NCBI GenBank assembly: GCA_963666975.2
Contig: CAXVYR010000003.1
Location: 768,001 to 832,000 of the forward strand
Direction of reading: 5' to 3'
DNA length: 64,000 nucleotides
Source of the DNA: Terriglobia bacterium
GTDB lineage: Bacteria > Acidobacteriota > Terriglobia > 2-12-FULL-54-10
In this document: positions 52,152 to 64,000 of the stretch, piece by piece
How the letters are laid out: every line of letters starts with the position of its first letter
How positions within the stretch are numbered: the first letter of the stretch is position 1
Notes under the pieces: model-generated
What the model saw: only the letters and a program-made list of their open reading frames with translations
Told to the model about the DNA's origin: nothing
Database searches by the model: none
Made by a program: the position numbers and the translations under genes

Positions 52152-53162
52152 ATGAAAATTAAAGTAGGCATCAACGGTTTTGGAAGAATTGGGCGCAATA
52201 TTTTCCGTGCTTCTTTGGGTAATTCCGAGATCGAATTCGTCGCCGCCAACGACATCACCGACCCGTACACGCTCGCTCATTTATTGAAATATGATTCAAT
52301 TCTGGGCAACTTGAAAAACTCCGTGACCTCCGGGAAGGATTCCTTGTCGGTGGATGGCAAGAGCATGAAGGTTTTTGCCGAGCGGGACCCCGGCAAGATT
52401 GATTGGGATTCGGTGGGAGCTCAGGTGGTAGTCGAATCGACCGGCTTGTTTACCAACGCGCCGGACGCCGCCAAACACCTGCGGGGAGGGGTGAAGAAGG
52501 TCATCATCTCGGCTCCCGCCAAGGGCGAGGACGTCACCCTTGTTTTGGGCGTCAACGACAATGCCTATGACCCGGCGAAGCACCGCGTCATATCGAACGC
52601 CTCCTGCACCACCAATTGTCTGGCCCCGGTGGCCAAGATCCTCAACGACCAGTTCACAATCCGAAGCGGCTCCATGACCACGATCCATTCCTACACGAAT
52701 GATCAGAAGCTGCTCGATCTGCCTCACAAGGACCTGCGCCGCGCACGCTCCGCCGCGCTTTCCATGATCCCCACCTCGACCGGCGCCGCCAAGGCGGTTT
52801 ATCTGGCCATTCCGGAGCTCAAGGGCAAGCTCGACGGTTTTGCCATGCGCGTGCCCACCCCCAACGTGTCGGTGGTGGATTTGGTCGTGTTCGTCGAGAA
52901 GGCCACTTCCGTAGAGCAAGTCAATGCAGCGCTGAAGGCAGCCTCCACAACAGGCCCCATGAAGGGTATCCTCGGCTATTCAGAAGAGGAACTGGTCTCG
53001 GCAGACTTTAAGGGCGACGAGCGCTCCTCGATAGTGGACGCCCCCCTGACGCGTGTCATCGCTGGGAACTGCGTGAAGGTGATCTCCTGGTACGACAACG
53101 AATGGGGTTACTCCTGCCGGGTTCGGGATCTGATTCAGTTCATGGTCGCGAAGGGATTGTAA
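52152..53162 (+). CDS. gap: Glyceraldehyde-3-phosphate dehydrogenase type I
   Basis: GINGFGRIGR, SNASCTTNCL, WYDNEWGYS. Confidence 0.98.
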   Translation: MKIKVGINGFGRIGRNIFRASLGNSEIEFVAANDITDPYTLAHLLKYDSILGNLKNSVTSGKDSLSVDGKSMKVFAERDPGKIDWDSVGAQVVVESTGLFTNAPDAAKHLRGGVKKVIISAPAKGEDVTLVLGVNDNAYDPAKHRVISNASCTTNCLAPVAKILNDQFTIRSGSMTTIHSYTNDQKLLDLPHKDLRRARSAALSMIPTSTGAAKAVYLAIPELKGKLDGFAMRVPTPNVSVVDLVVFVEKATSVEQVNAALKAASTTGPMKGILGYSEEELVSADFKGDERSSIVDAPLTRVIAGNCVKVISWYDNEWGYSCRVRDLIQFMVAKGL

Positions 53163-53243
53163 ATAGCGCCTTCGAGCTTTGAACTTCGAAGTTTGCCAGT
53201 GCCGCGCCGTCCACGGCCTTAACGCCGAGGGCAAACGATCCCT

Positions 53244-54437
53244 ATGCCAAAACTCTCCATTCGCGACCTGACCCTGGAAGGCAAGCGCGCCTTTGTTCGT
53301 GTAGACTTCAATGTCCCCTTATCGGAATCAGGCGCGATCACCGACGACACCCGTATTCGCCAGACACTTCCTACGCTGGAGTACGCCCTGGAACGTGGGG
53401 CGCGCTTGATTCTGGCCTCGCATTTAGGGCGACCCAAGGGCAAACCCAATCCCAAGATGAGCATGGCTCCCGTGGCGGAGCATCTGAGTTCCCTGCTCCG
53501 CCGCCCGGTCGCCTTCGCCGCCGACTGCGTGGGTCCGGAGGCCGAACGTTGCGCGGCCAGCCTCGGCAACGGCGAGCTGCTGTTGCTTGAAAACCTTCGC
53601 TTCCATCCCGACGAGGAAGCCAACGATCCGGAATTTTCCCGGCAGTTGGGGCAGATGGCCGCCTGCTATGTGAACGACGCCTTTGGCTCGGCTCACCGCG
53701 CGCACGCTTCCACCGCCGGCATCACCGAGTTCGTTCCCGCCTCCGCCGCTGGTTTGTTGATGGAAAAGGAGCTGGAGTATCTCACCAAGGCCACCTCCAG
53801 CCCGGAGCGGCCCTACGTGGCCCTGCTCGGCGGGGCTAAAGTATCGGACAAGATCGCCGTCATTCGGAATCTGCTTCCTCTGGTGGACGCCCTGCTGATC
53901 GGCGGCGCTATGGCCTACACGTTTCTGCGCGCACGGGGGGATCAGACGGGAAAGTCATTGGTGGAGGAGGACAAGCTCGACCTTGCGAAGAGTCTGCTGG
54001 CCGAGGTGGAGCAGAAAAAATACCGCTTGCAGTTGCCTGTGGATCACATAATCGCACAGAAACTGGACGCGGCAGCCGAGACGCGCACGGTCGATGGCAG
54101 CGCCACGCCCATCCCGTCCGACTGCATGGGGCTCGACATTGGGCCGGAGACGGTGAAGCTCTACGCCGCCCAGATCGCCCAGGCCAAAACTGTCGTCTGG
54201 AACGGGCCGATGGGGGTGTTTGAACTGGAGCCCTTTGCACAGGGGACATTGAGTATGGCGAAAGCTCTGGCGGCTCTGAATGGAACCAGCATCGTCGGCG
54301 GCGGGGACTCGATAGCCGCCGTCGCCCAAGCAGGGGTCGCCGAGCGCATCACGCATATCTCAACCGGCGGCGGGGCGTCGCTGGAATTCCTGGCGGGCAA
54401 AAAACTTCCCGGTGTCGAGGCGCTGACGGACAAGTAA
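53244..54437 (+). CDS. pgk: Phosphoglycerate kinase
   Basis: [44 protein letters not shown]. Confidence 0.98.
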   Translation: MPKLSIRDLTLEGKRAFVRVDFNVPLSESGAITDDTRIRQTLPTLEYALERGARLILASHLGRPKGKPNPKMSMAPVAEHLSSLLRRPVAFAADCVGPEAERCAASLGNGELLLLENLRFHPDEEANDPEFSRQLGQMAACYVNDAFGSAHRAHASTAGITEFVPASAAGLLMEKELEYLTKATSSPERPYVALLGGAKVSDKIAVIRNLLPLVDALLIGGAMAYTFLRARGDQTGKSLVEEDKLDLAKSLLAEVEQKKYRLQLPVDHIIAQKLDAAAETRTVDGSATPIPSDCMGLDIGPETVKLYAAQIAQAKTVVWNGPMGVFELEPFAQGTLSMAKALAALNGTSIVGGGDSIAAVAQAGVAERITHISTGGGASLEFLAGKKLPGVEALTDK

Positions 54438-54859
54438 ATAGAAACCTTGTCGTGTGCCGGATTAGAGAGCACCTCCACATTTCATGTATAGTCAGAGCCG
54501 CGCGCGCAAGCAAGCGGACACCGAACGCCAAGTGAGCAACCAAAGCTTGGTTGACCGCTCCCTCACGATCGCGGCTCGGATAGATTCACCAACAACCCAC
54601 TCTGCACCAACCCTGAAACTGTTTAGGCGGCGGGATTCAGCAGGCTGCAAAGAATTCCCCAAATTAGTTACAAAGCAGAAAAACTTTCTCCTTTTCGCTC
54701 AGCCTGTCAAGCTCTGCTCAATAAACCAACTTTGTTTGCAGCAAGTTGCGAATGCTAAATTCTATTTGTTCTGGAAATGCAATTGCTTATGAAATACCAG
54801 TTCCTATAAAGTAGCTGTCCATAAATGAGCAAGAATACTTAAAAGGTCAAGGAGGCGAA

Positions 54860-57488
54860 ATGCACCCCCAGAGTATTTCCCATAAAAAGTCCGGCCTACT
54901 AGCTTCTCTGATTTTACTGGGTCTGGCAGCTTTGGTCTTGGTAGGCTTCGGCCCTGTCCTTCCCCAGGACGAGGCGGTGGGAGCGACTGGCAAACAGCAG
55001 GTCTTGGAGTCCTACGGGAAACTGCCGCTCTATTTCATTGAGAACCAGGGGCAGCTCGACTCCCGCGTCGGCTACTATATCCAGGGTGGCGACAAGAGCA
55101 TCTACTTTACCGGCAGCGGTGTGACGTTTGCGCTGACGGCTCCCGCAGAGGAAGAGGATGAGGGAACCCCGGAAATCAGGCCCGCATCGTTCGATCGCGG
55201 AGGGCTTGGCAATGAGTCTCCGGTGGCCCGGCAACGATGGGTGGTCAAGCTGGACTTCGTCGATGCCAACCCGAATACGCAGCCTGTGGGGCAGGAGCCG
55301 ACCGACGCCGTCATCAGCTATTTTAAGGGGCCGCGGGAGGAGTGGACTACCGGACTGCCGACCTACGCGAGCCTGGTTTATCGCGATCTGTGGCCTGGCA
55401 TTGACCTGGTATACACCGGCACCGGCAGCCGCCTGAAATACACCTTCGTAGTCCAGCCCGGGACTGACCCCAACCAGATCAAGCTGGCCTACCGTGGCGC
55501 GTCGGCGGTTCGGATCAATGAAGCAGGGCAACTTGAGGTTTCCACGCCGGGCGAAAGTTTCCAGGAGGACAAGCCATACGCCTATCAGGAGGTGGAAGGC
55601 CAGGACTTGGACTTGAAGGTGGAGGTGGCGGCGGCCTACAGCCTGGAGGGCGAGGCTTCCGAGAGAGTGCAATTCGGCTTCAGCGTGGGCGACTACGACC
55701 CGCAGAAGGTGCTGGTGATCGACCCCATCATCCTGCTCTACGCTGGCTACATAGGTGGCTCAGGCTTCGATAATGGTCGGGGCATTGCTGTGGACTCCAC
55801 GGGCAACGCCTACGTTGTCGGCGACACCACCTCCACCGAGGCCACCTTTCCGGTGACGCTGGGACCCGACCTGACCTGGAATAGCGATTGGGACGTTTTC
55901 GTGGCCAAGGTGAACTCCTCGGGCACTGCCCTCCTCTACGCCGGCTTCATCGGCGGCTCAAGCATCGATGTCGGTCTTGGCATTGCCGTGGACTCCACGG
56001 GCAACGCCTACGTTACCGGCAATACCACCTCCACCGAGGCCACCTTTCCGGTGGCCTTTCCGGTAACGGGGGGACCCGACCTGACACACAATGGTGGCTT
56101 CGACGCTTTCTTGGCCAAGGTGAACCCCATGGGCACAGCCCTCGTCTACGCCGGCTACATCGGCGGCTCGGGCAGCGATTTTGGTAGGGGCATTGCCGTG
56201 GACTCCACGGGCGCCGCCTACGTTGCTGGCTGGACCGACTCCACCGAGGCCACCTTTCCAGTGGCGGCGGGGCCCTACCTGACCTTCAATGGCGTCGAGG
56301 ACGCCTTCGTGGCCAAGGTGAACCCCTCAGGCACTGCTCTCGACTACGCCGGCTACATCGGCGGCTCGGGCGGCGATAACGGTTGGGGCATTGCTGTGGA
56401 CTCCACTGGCTACGCCTACGTTACCGGCCAGACCAATTCCGACGAGGCCACCTTTCCGGTGACAGTAGGACCCGACCTGACTTTCAATGGCAGCACCGAC
56501 GCCTTCGTAGCCAAGGTAAATCCTTCGGGGACTGCCCTTGACTACGCCGGCTTCATCGGTGGCTCAGGCAGCGGTGCCGGTCATGGCATTGCCGTGAACT
56601 CCACGGGCTACGCCTACGTTACCGGCTGGACCAATTCCGACGAGGCCACCTTTCCGGTGAAGTTGGGACCCGACCTGTCCTACAACGGTGGCTTCCCCGT
56701 CGGTGATGCCTTCGTGGCTAAGGTGAACCCCGCTGGCACTGCGCTGGACTACGCTGGCTACATCGGCGGCTCAGACGACGATCAAGGTTGGGGCATTGCC
56801 GTTGACTCCACGGGCAACGCCTACGTTGTCGGCGACACCCGCTCCACCGAGGCCACCTTTCCGGTGACGCTGGGACCCGACCTGACCTTCAATGGCGGCA
56901 ACTTCTCGGGACGCCTTCGTGGCCAAGGTGAACCCCTCGGGCACTGCCCTGGACTACGCCGGCTACATCGGCGGCTCAAACCAGGATAGCGGTTCGGGCA
57001 TTGCTGTGGACTCCACGGGCAACGCCTACGTTGCTGGCTGGACCTCCTCCACCGAGGCCACCTTTCCGGTGACGCTGGGACCCGACCTGACCTTCAATGG
57101 CGGCAGGGACGCCTTCGTGGCCAAGATCACTGACGTCCCACTGCTCGTGGAGATCGACATCGACATCAAGCCGGGTAGCGATCCCAACAGCATCAACAGC
57201 CGTAGCCGGGGAAAAATTCCGGTGACTATTCTCTCCAGCGCCACATTCGACGCCATGAGCCTCGATACGACCTCGCTCACTTTCGGCAGGACGGGAGACG
57301 AAGACAGCCTGGCCTTTTGCAATGGCGGGCCGGGGAACGTAAACTCGGACAAACTGCGCGATCTGATGTGCTTTTTCAATACGGAAGACACAGGGTTTCA
57401 GTCGGGCGATACGGAGGGCGTGCTGAAGGGCATGACGCTTACCGGCACACTGATTATCGGGACCGATTCGGTTCGCATCGTGCCTTAG
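54860..57488 (+). CDS. Exported SBBP-repeat beta-propeller surface protein, frameshifted near 56908
   Basis: LPLYFIENQGQ N-domain; seven YAGYIGGS..GIAVDSTGNAYV.G.T.S.EATFP..DAFVAKV repeats. The last repeat and the IDIKPG C-domain are in the +1 frame. Confidence 0.85.
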
Positions 57489-57666
57489 AGCCTTTCACCA
57501 ATTGGTGTAGTCTGGCTAATCTTTGGTATCCACGGCGAATTGTTTTTTCGCCGTGGGCTTTTCATTCCCCGCAACGACCCACGACGAGGAAAGCGCTCCC
57601 TTCGGCAAGCTTAGGGCAGGCTGTCGTGGCTACCACTGCCCGATATACACCAAGGAGAGAAATGCG

Positions 57667-58290
57667 CTAGGATTCCTGCTCCCAGCCTGCCAGAATCTTT
57701 TCGGCCAGGTTCTCTCCCGACTCGGACCATAGCAGCTTCTTCGCAACCGGCAGCTTCCGTTCCAGCCTGTGCACAAAGCCCACAAGCTGCTGGATGTTTT
57801 CTTGCGTCCGGCGTTGTATCATCTCCAACTCCGGAGTGGTCCGTGCCTGCGCCAACTCGTTCGGGTCCGGGATGAAGGCATAGTCCAGTCCGAAGTTGAC
57901 CTGAAGGTCGCAGCGTCCCTCCTCGCCTTCATCCTCGAACTCCCGCCCAAAGCAAGTCAGCGAAACAGGAGCAGGAACCTGACGCCTTTTGCCCGGCTCC
58001 TCCGGCGAGGCTTGCAGCCAGAGGTCCCAATTCATCTCCACCTCGTAGGCACAGTCAGCGTGGAGCCACTCCGCGGCCAGGCCGGCCACATGGCCCACGT
58101 CGGCCCCCTCCAAGAAGCTTTGCTGCAAAACCGGCGTCTCGCTCCAGCGGATGGGATAAATAGCAAGCGACCGGACGCCGGGCAAAGTAGCCGAGACCGG
58201 AAACTCCGCGAGCGCGCTCCCCCAATGCTGGAGCATGTTGCTCTCGCTGAAGTTATTTAACCAGAGATTCAAATATACAAGGTCAGCCAT
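57667..58290 (-). CDS. Hypothetical protein
   Basis: 207-aa ORF (MADLVYLNLW..LLWSESGENLAEK), downstream of gpmI on the same strand. Confidence 0.75.
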   Translation of the reverse strand: MADLVYLNLWLNNFSESNMLQHWGSALAEFPVSATLPGVRSLAIYPIRWSETPVLQQSFLEGADVGHVAGLAAEWLHADCAYEVEMNWDLWLQASPEEPGKRRQVPAPVSLTCFGREFEDEGEEGRCDLQVNFGLDYAFIPDPNELAQARTTPELEMIQRRTQENIQQLVGFVHRLERKLPVAKKLLWSESGENLAEKILAGWEQES

Positions 58291-58437
58291 GGAGGACCAT
58301 TATGGAAGGGCGGGGAAAGGAAGGCAATGCTTAGTCCCGAAACAGCGGTGTCTTTCCTGCGAATCCAACTTTAAGAATCAGATTAACAATCTACTTTACT
58401 TTATTGATTCTTTGAATGTTGCGTACCATGTGAAATC

Positions 58438-59994
58438 TTATTCAAAACTCCGCAGATCGCTCCCGGTCATCTCCGGCGGCTGGGGAATGCCGTAGATGCC
58501 GAGCAGGGTAGGCGAGATGTCGCGCAGCGAGCCTCCCGCACGCAAGCGGACACCTGGGCTGTCGGGAACGACCAGAAGGAAAGGCACAGGGTTGGTGGTG
58601 TGGTAGGTATGAGGACCACCGCTGACGGGGTCCGTCATCAGCTCCGCGTTGCCGTGGTCGGCTGTAACGATCATGCCGCCGCCGACGCGCCGCAGCGCCG
58701 CGTAGATGCGCCCTAATCCGGCGTCCACCGCTTCCACGGCGCGGACTGCCGGCTCCAGCTTCCCGGAGTGGCCCACCATATCGGCGTTGGCGAAATTGAT
58801 CACTAGAAAGTCGAACGCCTTGTCCTCAATCGCCTTGACGACAGCGTCGGCGATCCCGCTGGCGCTCATCTCCGGTTTCAGGTCATAGGTGGCGACTTTG
58901 GGAGAGGGCACTAGGACGCGGTCCTCTCCAGGGAAGACCTTTTCGATACCGCCGTTGAAAAAGTAGGTGACGTGGGCATACTTTTCCGTCTCGGCCACCC
59001 GCAGGTTGCGCAGTTTGCGCTCGGCCAGGATGTTGGCCAGGATGTGCTCGGGCATCTCCGGACCCAGCACATGGGGAAAGGTGAAGCTCTTTTCGTACTG
59101 GGACATGGCCACAAAGTGGAGGCGCTGGGGCATCCGCGCGCGCGAAGGCTCCGTAAGGGTGGGATCGGTCAGCGCGCGGGAAATTTGCCGCGCACGGTCG
59201 GCCCGGAAGTTGAAAAAGATCACGGCATCTTCGTCGCGTATCACCCCAACCGGCTCTCCCTGCTTGCCGGTAATGACAACCGGCGCCACAAATTCATCGG
59301 TCACGCCCTGCTCGTATGAGCTCTTGACAGCCGCAATGGGGTCCTGCGCCTTCACCCCTTCGCCATTCACCCCTTTGCCTAGAACCATGGCCGCGTATGC
59401 CTTTGCCGTGCGCTCCCATCGCTTGTCGCGGTCCATGGCATAGTACCGGCCGCTGACGCTGGCGACCGCCCCCACGCCAATGGAACGCATCTGTTGCTGC
59501 AACTGCTCCAGGTACTCCCGGCCGCTGGTGGGGGGCGTATCCCGTCCGTCGAGAAACGCATGCACAAACACATGCTCCACATGGCTCTGCCTCGCCATCC
59601 GCAGCAGCGCATAGAGGTGCTCCTGGTGGGAGTGGACTCCGCCATCGCTGACCAAGCCAAGCAGATGGAGCCGGCGGCTTCGCGCATGCTCCATGGCGCG
59701 GGTCAAAACGGGGTTGCGGAAGAACTCGCCCGACTGAATCATGCGGTCGATGCGGGTGATGTCCATTTGAATGATCCGGCCGCTGCCGATGTTGAGGTGA
59801 CCCACCTCGCTGTTGCCCATCTGACCGTCCGGCAGACCTACGGCAGGGCCGGAGGTGTGGATCAAGGTATTGGGGAAGCTGCGGGTCAGTTCATCCCAGG
59901 CAGGCTTTCGGGCCAGCGCGATGGCGTTGTTCTCAGGCGAGGGGTTGTGGCCCCATCCATCGAGGATAATTAAGAGGAGTGGTTTGGGAGGCAT
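58438..59994 (-). CDS. gpmI: 2,3-bisphosphoglycerate-independent phosphoglycerate mutase
   Basis: [57 protein letters not shown]. Confidence 0.98.
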   Translation of the reverse strand: MPPKPLLLIILDGWGHNPSPENNAIALARKPAWDELTRSFPNTLIHTSGPAVGLPDGQMGNSEVGHLNIGSGRIIQMDITRIDRMIQSGEFFRNPVLTRAMEHARSRRLHLLGLVSDGGVHSHQEHLYALLRMARQSHVEHVFVHAFLDGRDTPPTSGREYLEQLQQQMRSIGVGAVASVSGRYYAMDRDKRWERTAKAYAAMVLGKGVNGEGVKAQDPIAAVKSSYEQGVTDEFVAPVVITGKQGEPVGVIRDEDAVIFFNFRADRARQISRALTDPTLTEPSRARMPQRLHFVAMSQYEKSFTFPHVLGPEMPEHILANILAERKLRNLRVAETEKYAHVTYFFNGGIEKVFPGEDRVLVPSPKVATYDLKPEMSASGIADAVVKAIEDKAFDFLVINFANADMVGHSGKLEPAVRAVEAVDAGLGRIYAALRRVGGGMIVTADHGNAELMTDPVSGGPHTYHTTNPVPFLLVVPDSPGVRLRAGGSLRDISPTLLGIYGIPQPPEMTGSDLRSFE

Positions 59995-60013
59995 GGATAC
60001 AGATTCAACTACG

Positions 60014-61017
60014 CTAATGGTTGCTGTTAGAGATCAGGTTGACTAATTCCTTGACAGATTTCTCCAAGAAGTTTTGGATCGGCAAGATGCGGCTTGCAAC
60101 GTTTACGCCCCAATAATCTTTAATGCAATTGCATATCTTTTGTGCGTTGCGATCAACAACTATGATCCTTTTATCGGATTGCTTGCGAAGGACATTCGTA
60201 TGGAGCATTGTCAGGAATGCGTCCTCGGGACGGAGCGAGCTGCCAATGAGTATGAGATTCTTGGCCTCAGCCGACGCTGCTACCGCGTCAAGCATCAGAT
60301 GGGATATTGCGACTGTTGGAAGCTTCACGTAACTTGGGGCAATCAGATAGATCTTCCCATTCGCCAAACCATAATGTTTGTTCTTCGCTGATCTTGGGAA
60401 GAATTGTTCAATTGTTCGTCAAAATAGAGTCCGACGTGTCGCGCGTTAGGTTTGTCACAATAGGCGGCGATTTGGAAGCTTGACGAGCCGTGGATTTTCA
60501 GCACCTTCACGGGGCTCTTCCGAAAACTACAGCTGCCAGACGGGAGGTCAATCGGGGACCCGTATCCCCCGTTTGGAGACCATTTTTCACGGAGGTCCAG
60601 CACACCCTCCAGGACGCAATCGTAGTTCAGGCTGATGGCCACGTCTCCCGGAGTGAAAGCCTCGTCGATGAGTTGAGTCAACCACGGCTTACTAGTCAAA
60701 AGGTTGTTCGAGACCCGAAACTGGCAGGGGGACGCAACCCCGAGTTTCCCGGAAATGCCGAAGAACCTACCGAGTTCGGCTTCGATACATTTTCTCAGTT
60801 CGGTTAGGTTCCCACTCTCCCCGGACCCAGCCTGTGCGATATCAACATCCAGCTTCGTCAACGCAATTTCGATATCCCCTGTCTTGTACTGTTTCTTCAG
60901 TTTTGGAGCAACGGAATTAGATGTCTCGCCCGCAAGTGCATCGAGAAGCTCACTGTTCAGCGGGGCTTCTGGAAATACCGCCTTTGTGAACCCGGCTCCT
61001 ATGATGAAGACATTCAC
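60014..61017 (-). pseudogene. SIR2-like (SIR2_2) protein split by an 8-bp duplication
   Basis: IIGAGF, SLNYD, LKIHGS and LIGSSL..D motifs. AATTGTTC is duplicated at 60402-60417; removing one copy joins the two ORFs. Confidence 0.8.
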
Positions 61018-61199
61018 GTCAGTCTGTCCTTATGCCTAACATCTGCTGTTATAACCGTCACCGCTTCGCAAAAGCTAAAAAGATCACTTCTGAATCTTCA
61101 AAGGATTCAAATCGTTCTCCTGCCAACCAGTACCCGTGAAGCGTGAGACACGAAGCGCGTCGGCTGCGATGCAGGGCTATCCGACCCTGATAAATATGA

Positions 61200-61490
61200 C
61201 TATACCCGCCAGATACGCCGTGCTCCGTGAATTAGGGCCAGCACAATAATCCTCTCCGGCGAGACTTTGTAAACCAGGCGGTAGGGCATGACCAGCAGCT
61301 CTCGAATTGTCTGATCTCCAAACTCCGACACGACTTGGCCCCTTTCAGCGAAGTCAGCAAGCGAAGCGGCGGCGTCTTTGACTTCTTGAACGAATGAAGC
61401 TGCATAGTGTTCCGAGTCCCGAGCAATGTAATCGGCAGCGGCCAATAAATCGTCCCAAGCGGGTTCGGTCCACACTACCTCTCGAGCCAT
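61200..61490 (-). CDS. RelE/ParE family toxin
   Basis: VVWTEPAWDDL..YIARDS..L..F.ERG..RELLVMPYRLVY..LIHGAR. Confidence 0.9.
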   Translation of the reverse strand: MAREVVWTEPAWDDLLAAADYIARDSEHYAASFVQEVKDAAASLADFAERGQVVSEFGDQTIRELLVMPYRLVYKVSPERIIVLALIHGARRIWRV

Positions 61491-61678
61491 CGCCCCATCC
61501 GCCTTTCAACTTCCTCCTGGGACAATAATCTGCCTTCGCGGGCCGCTTCCAGGCCCTTCCGAATCTTCTGGCGAACATAAATGTGGTACTGGATGTCTTC
61601 CAGAGAGGCCTCTTCGGGAAGTTGCGCAAGAAGCTCCCGAACCTCTTCCTTGGCTGTTTTCATTGGGGTTTCCTCCAT
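61475..61678 (-). CDS. Putative antitoxin
   Basis: Small ORF overlapping the toxin start; LPEEASLEDIQYHIYV..GRLLSQEEV. Confidence 0.8.
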   Translation of the reverse strand: MEETPMKTAKEEVRELLAQLPEEASLEDIQYHIYVRQKIRKGLEAAREGRLLSQEEVERRMGRWLER

Positions 61679-61767
61679 GACCCTATTCTACTGCCAGCCG
61701 GCGACTGGGCCAACCAAAAGAAAACATACAACATACCGCAAAAAAATCCTTCCGCCGCTGCTGCCAG

Positions 61768-61851
61768 CTAATAACCAAACACGGTCGCACCTTCGCGGCA
61801 AGACCCAGATCAACCAACCATCCACACCTCGCCTCGGCGTGGATCACTCAT
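61768..61851 (-). pseudogene. PemK/MazF toxin N-terminal remnant
   Basis: Removing a 4-bp duplication (AACC x2, 61812-61819) gives MSDPRRGEVWMVDLGLAAKVRPCLVIS, which then truncates. Confidence 0.7.
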
Positions 61852-62035
61852 GGAGAGATTCTTCTTTGTCTAGTTGGAGAAACGCCTGCTCGGCGGCAAG
61901 GAGCAATGAATCGTCGGATAATTCCGGCAGATCAAGGCTGAGGGATCGCCGGATGATTTCGAGAGCCGCTTGTTGCTTCTCCTCATCAGGAAGAAGTTCA
62001 AATGATTTTACGAGTTGTTCGACAGACTTTGTCAT
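61844..62035 (-). CDS. Small acidic protein, probable antitoxin of the decayed PemK/MazF toxin
   Basis: 63 aa; its stop overlaps the ATG of the toxin remnant (ATGAGTGA). Confidence 0.6.
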   Translation of the reverse strand: MTKSVEQLVKSFELLPDEEKQQAALEIIRRSLSLDLPELSDDSLLLAAEQAFLQLDKEESLHE

Positions 62036-62130
62036 ACAATTGCTTTCTCTCTCCCATTATAGTGTGACTATGCGGGAAATTAAGTAAAAACCAGAAAGCA
62101 GACGCTTGGGAACCCTGCTTCTCACGCAGC

Positions 62131-63480
<1,350 letters not shown>

Positions 63481-63909
63481 TCAACAAAGTGCAGGTTAAC
63501 GCGAAAGTGGTAACTGGATTATTTTTCATCGAACTACGGCCCGAACGGGCAGCATACCAGGACTGGCTTCGGCAGCTTTCTCGGTCGCAGATAGGTGAGC
63601 AGATGGGGAAGAAGGTCATTCCGGTCGTTGGTCACCACCCAGAACTCTTCCCGGAGACCGATGAGCAAAAGCGGGAAAAGAAAAGCCTGCTCCGTCACGA
63701 ACCACCGGCGACTTTGACTTACACAGCTTGGGCTCACCCAACTTAGGTGTACTAAAAAATACGCGGCAGCTTTGACTCCCGGCAGAAGCCCTATAATTCG
63801 TCGCTTCGTCCTTCGTGGGGGGCCGGAATAAATAACTTGACTTTCATAGGCCCCTCTCTATTATAGCCGTAGCTGTTCTGAAACTACAAACAGTTGGGAG
63901 GTGTAGTGT

Positions 63910-64000
63910 GTGGCGGAAGTAAGGCTTCAAGATGGCGAGTCGCTTGAGAATGCCCTTCGCCGCTTCAAGCGGAAGGTCCAACAATCCGACATCATCAAGG
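63910..64000 (+). CDS. rpsU: 30S ribosomal protein S21 (partial, runs off window)
   Basis: GTG after GGAGG; MAEVRLQDGESLENALRRFKRKVQQSDIIK. Confidence 0.9.
   Translation, partial: MAEVRLQDGESLENALRRFKRKVQQSDIIK

Noticed and set aside
55730-57130. Regular ~190-bp DNA repeats
   Set aside because: These are coding SBBP propeller repeats, not an array or a diversity-generating retroelement; no reverse transcriptase is present.

Overview
GC-rich bacterial chromosomal window. It is probably from an Acidobacteriota-like organism, inferred from Oar-type TonB receptors ending 'RQIQF(G/A)L(K/R)xxF', SBBP proteins and gene style. The left ~46 kb is an accessory region of paralogous exported proteins: two NHL-like beta-propellers, two M29-fold proteins, six amidohydrolases, a Tat deacetylase, an MBL lipoprotein, TonB receptors and an ABC exporter. 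It also carries an intact IS4, IS1/IS3/IS1380 and integrase remnants, tRNA-Lys(CTT) and several MITE/REP families. The right ~18 kb is mostly core metabolism (acyl-CoA mutase, acyl-CoA dehydrogenase, gap, pgk, gpmI, eno, rpsU) with small TA and SIR2 inserts. Top finding: both propeller paralogs are split by an in-frame TGA at the same mid-blade position (LVPN-TGA-VAHPQI). A GG-loop hairpin follows, with its loop 31 nt downstream and a compensatory base-pair change between the copies, pointing to a candidate new exported selenoprotein family. Second finding: a HEPN-STAND NTPase-TPR gene (candidate antiviral effector) bracketed by direct copies of an IS1-related MITE.
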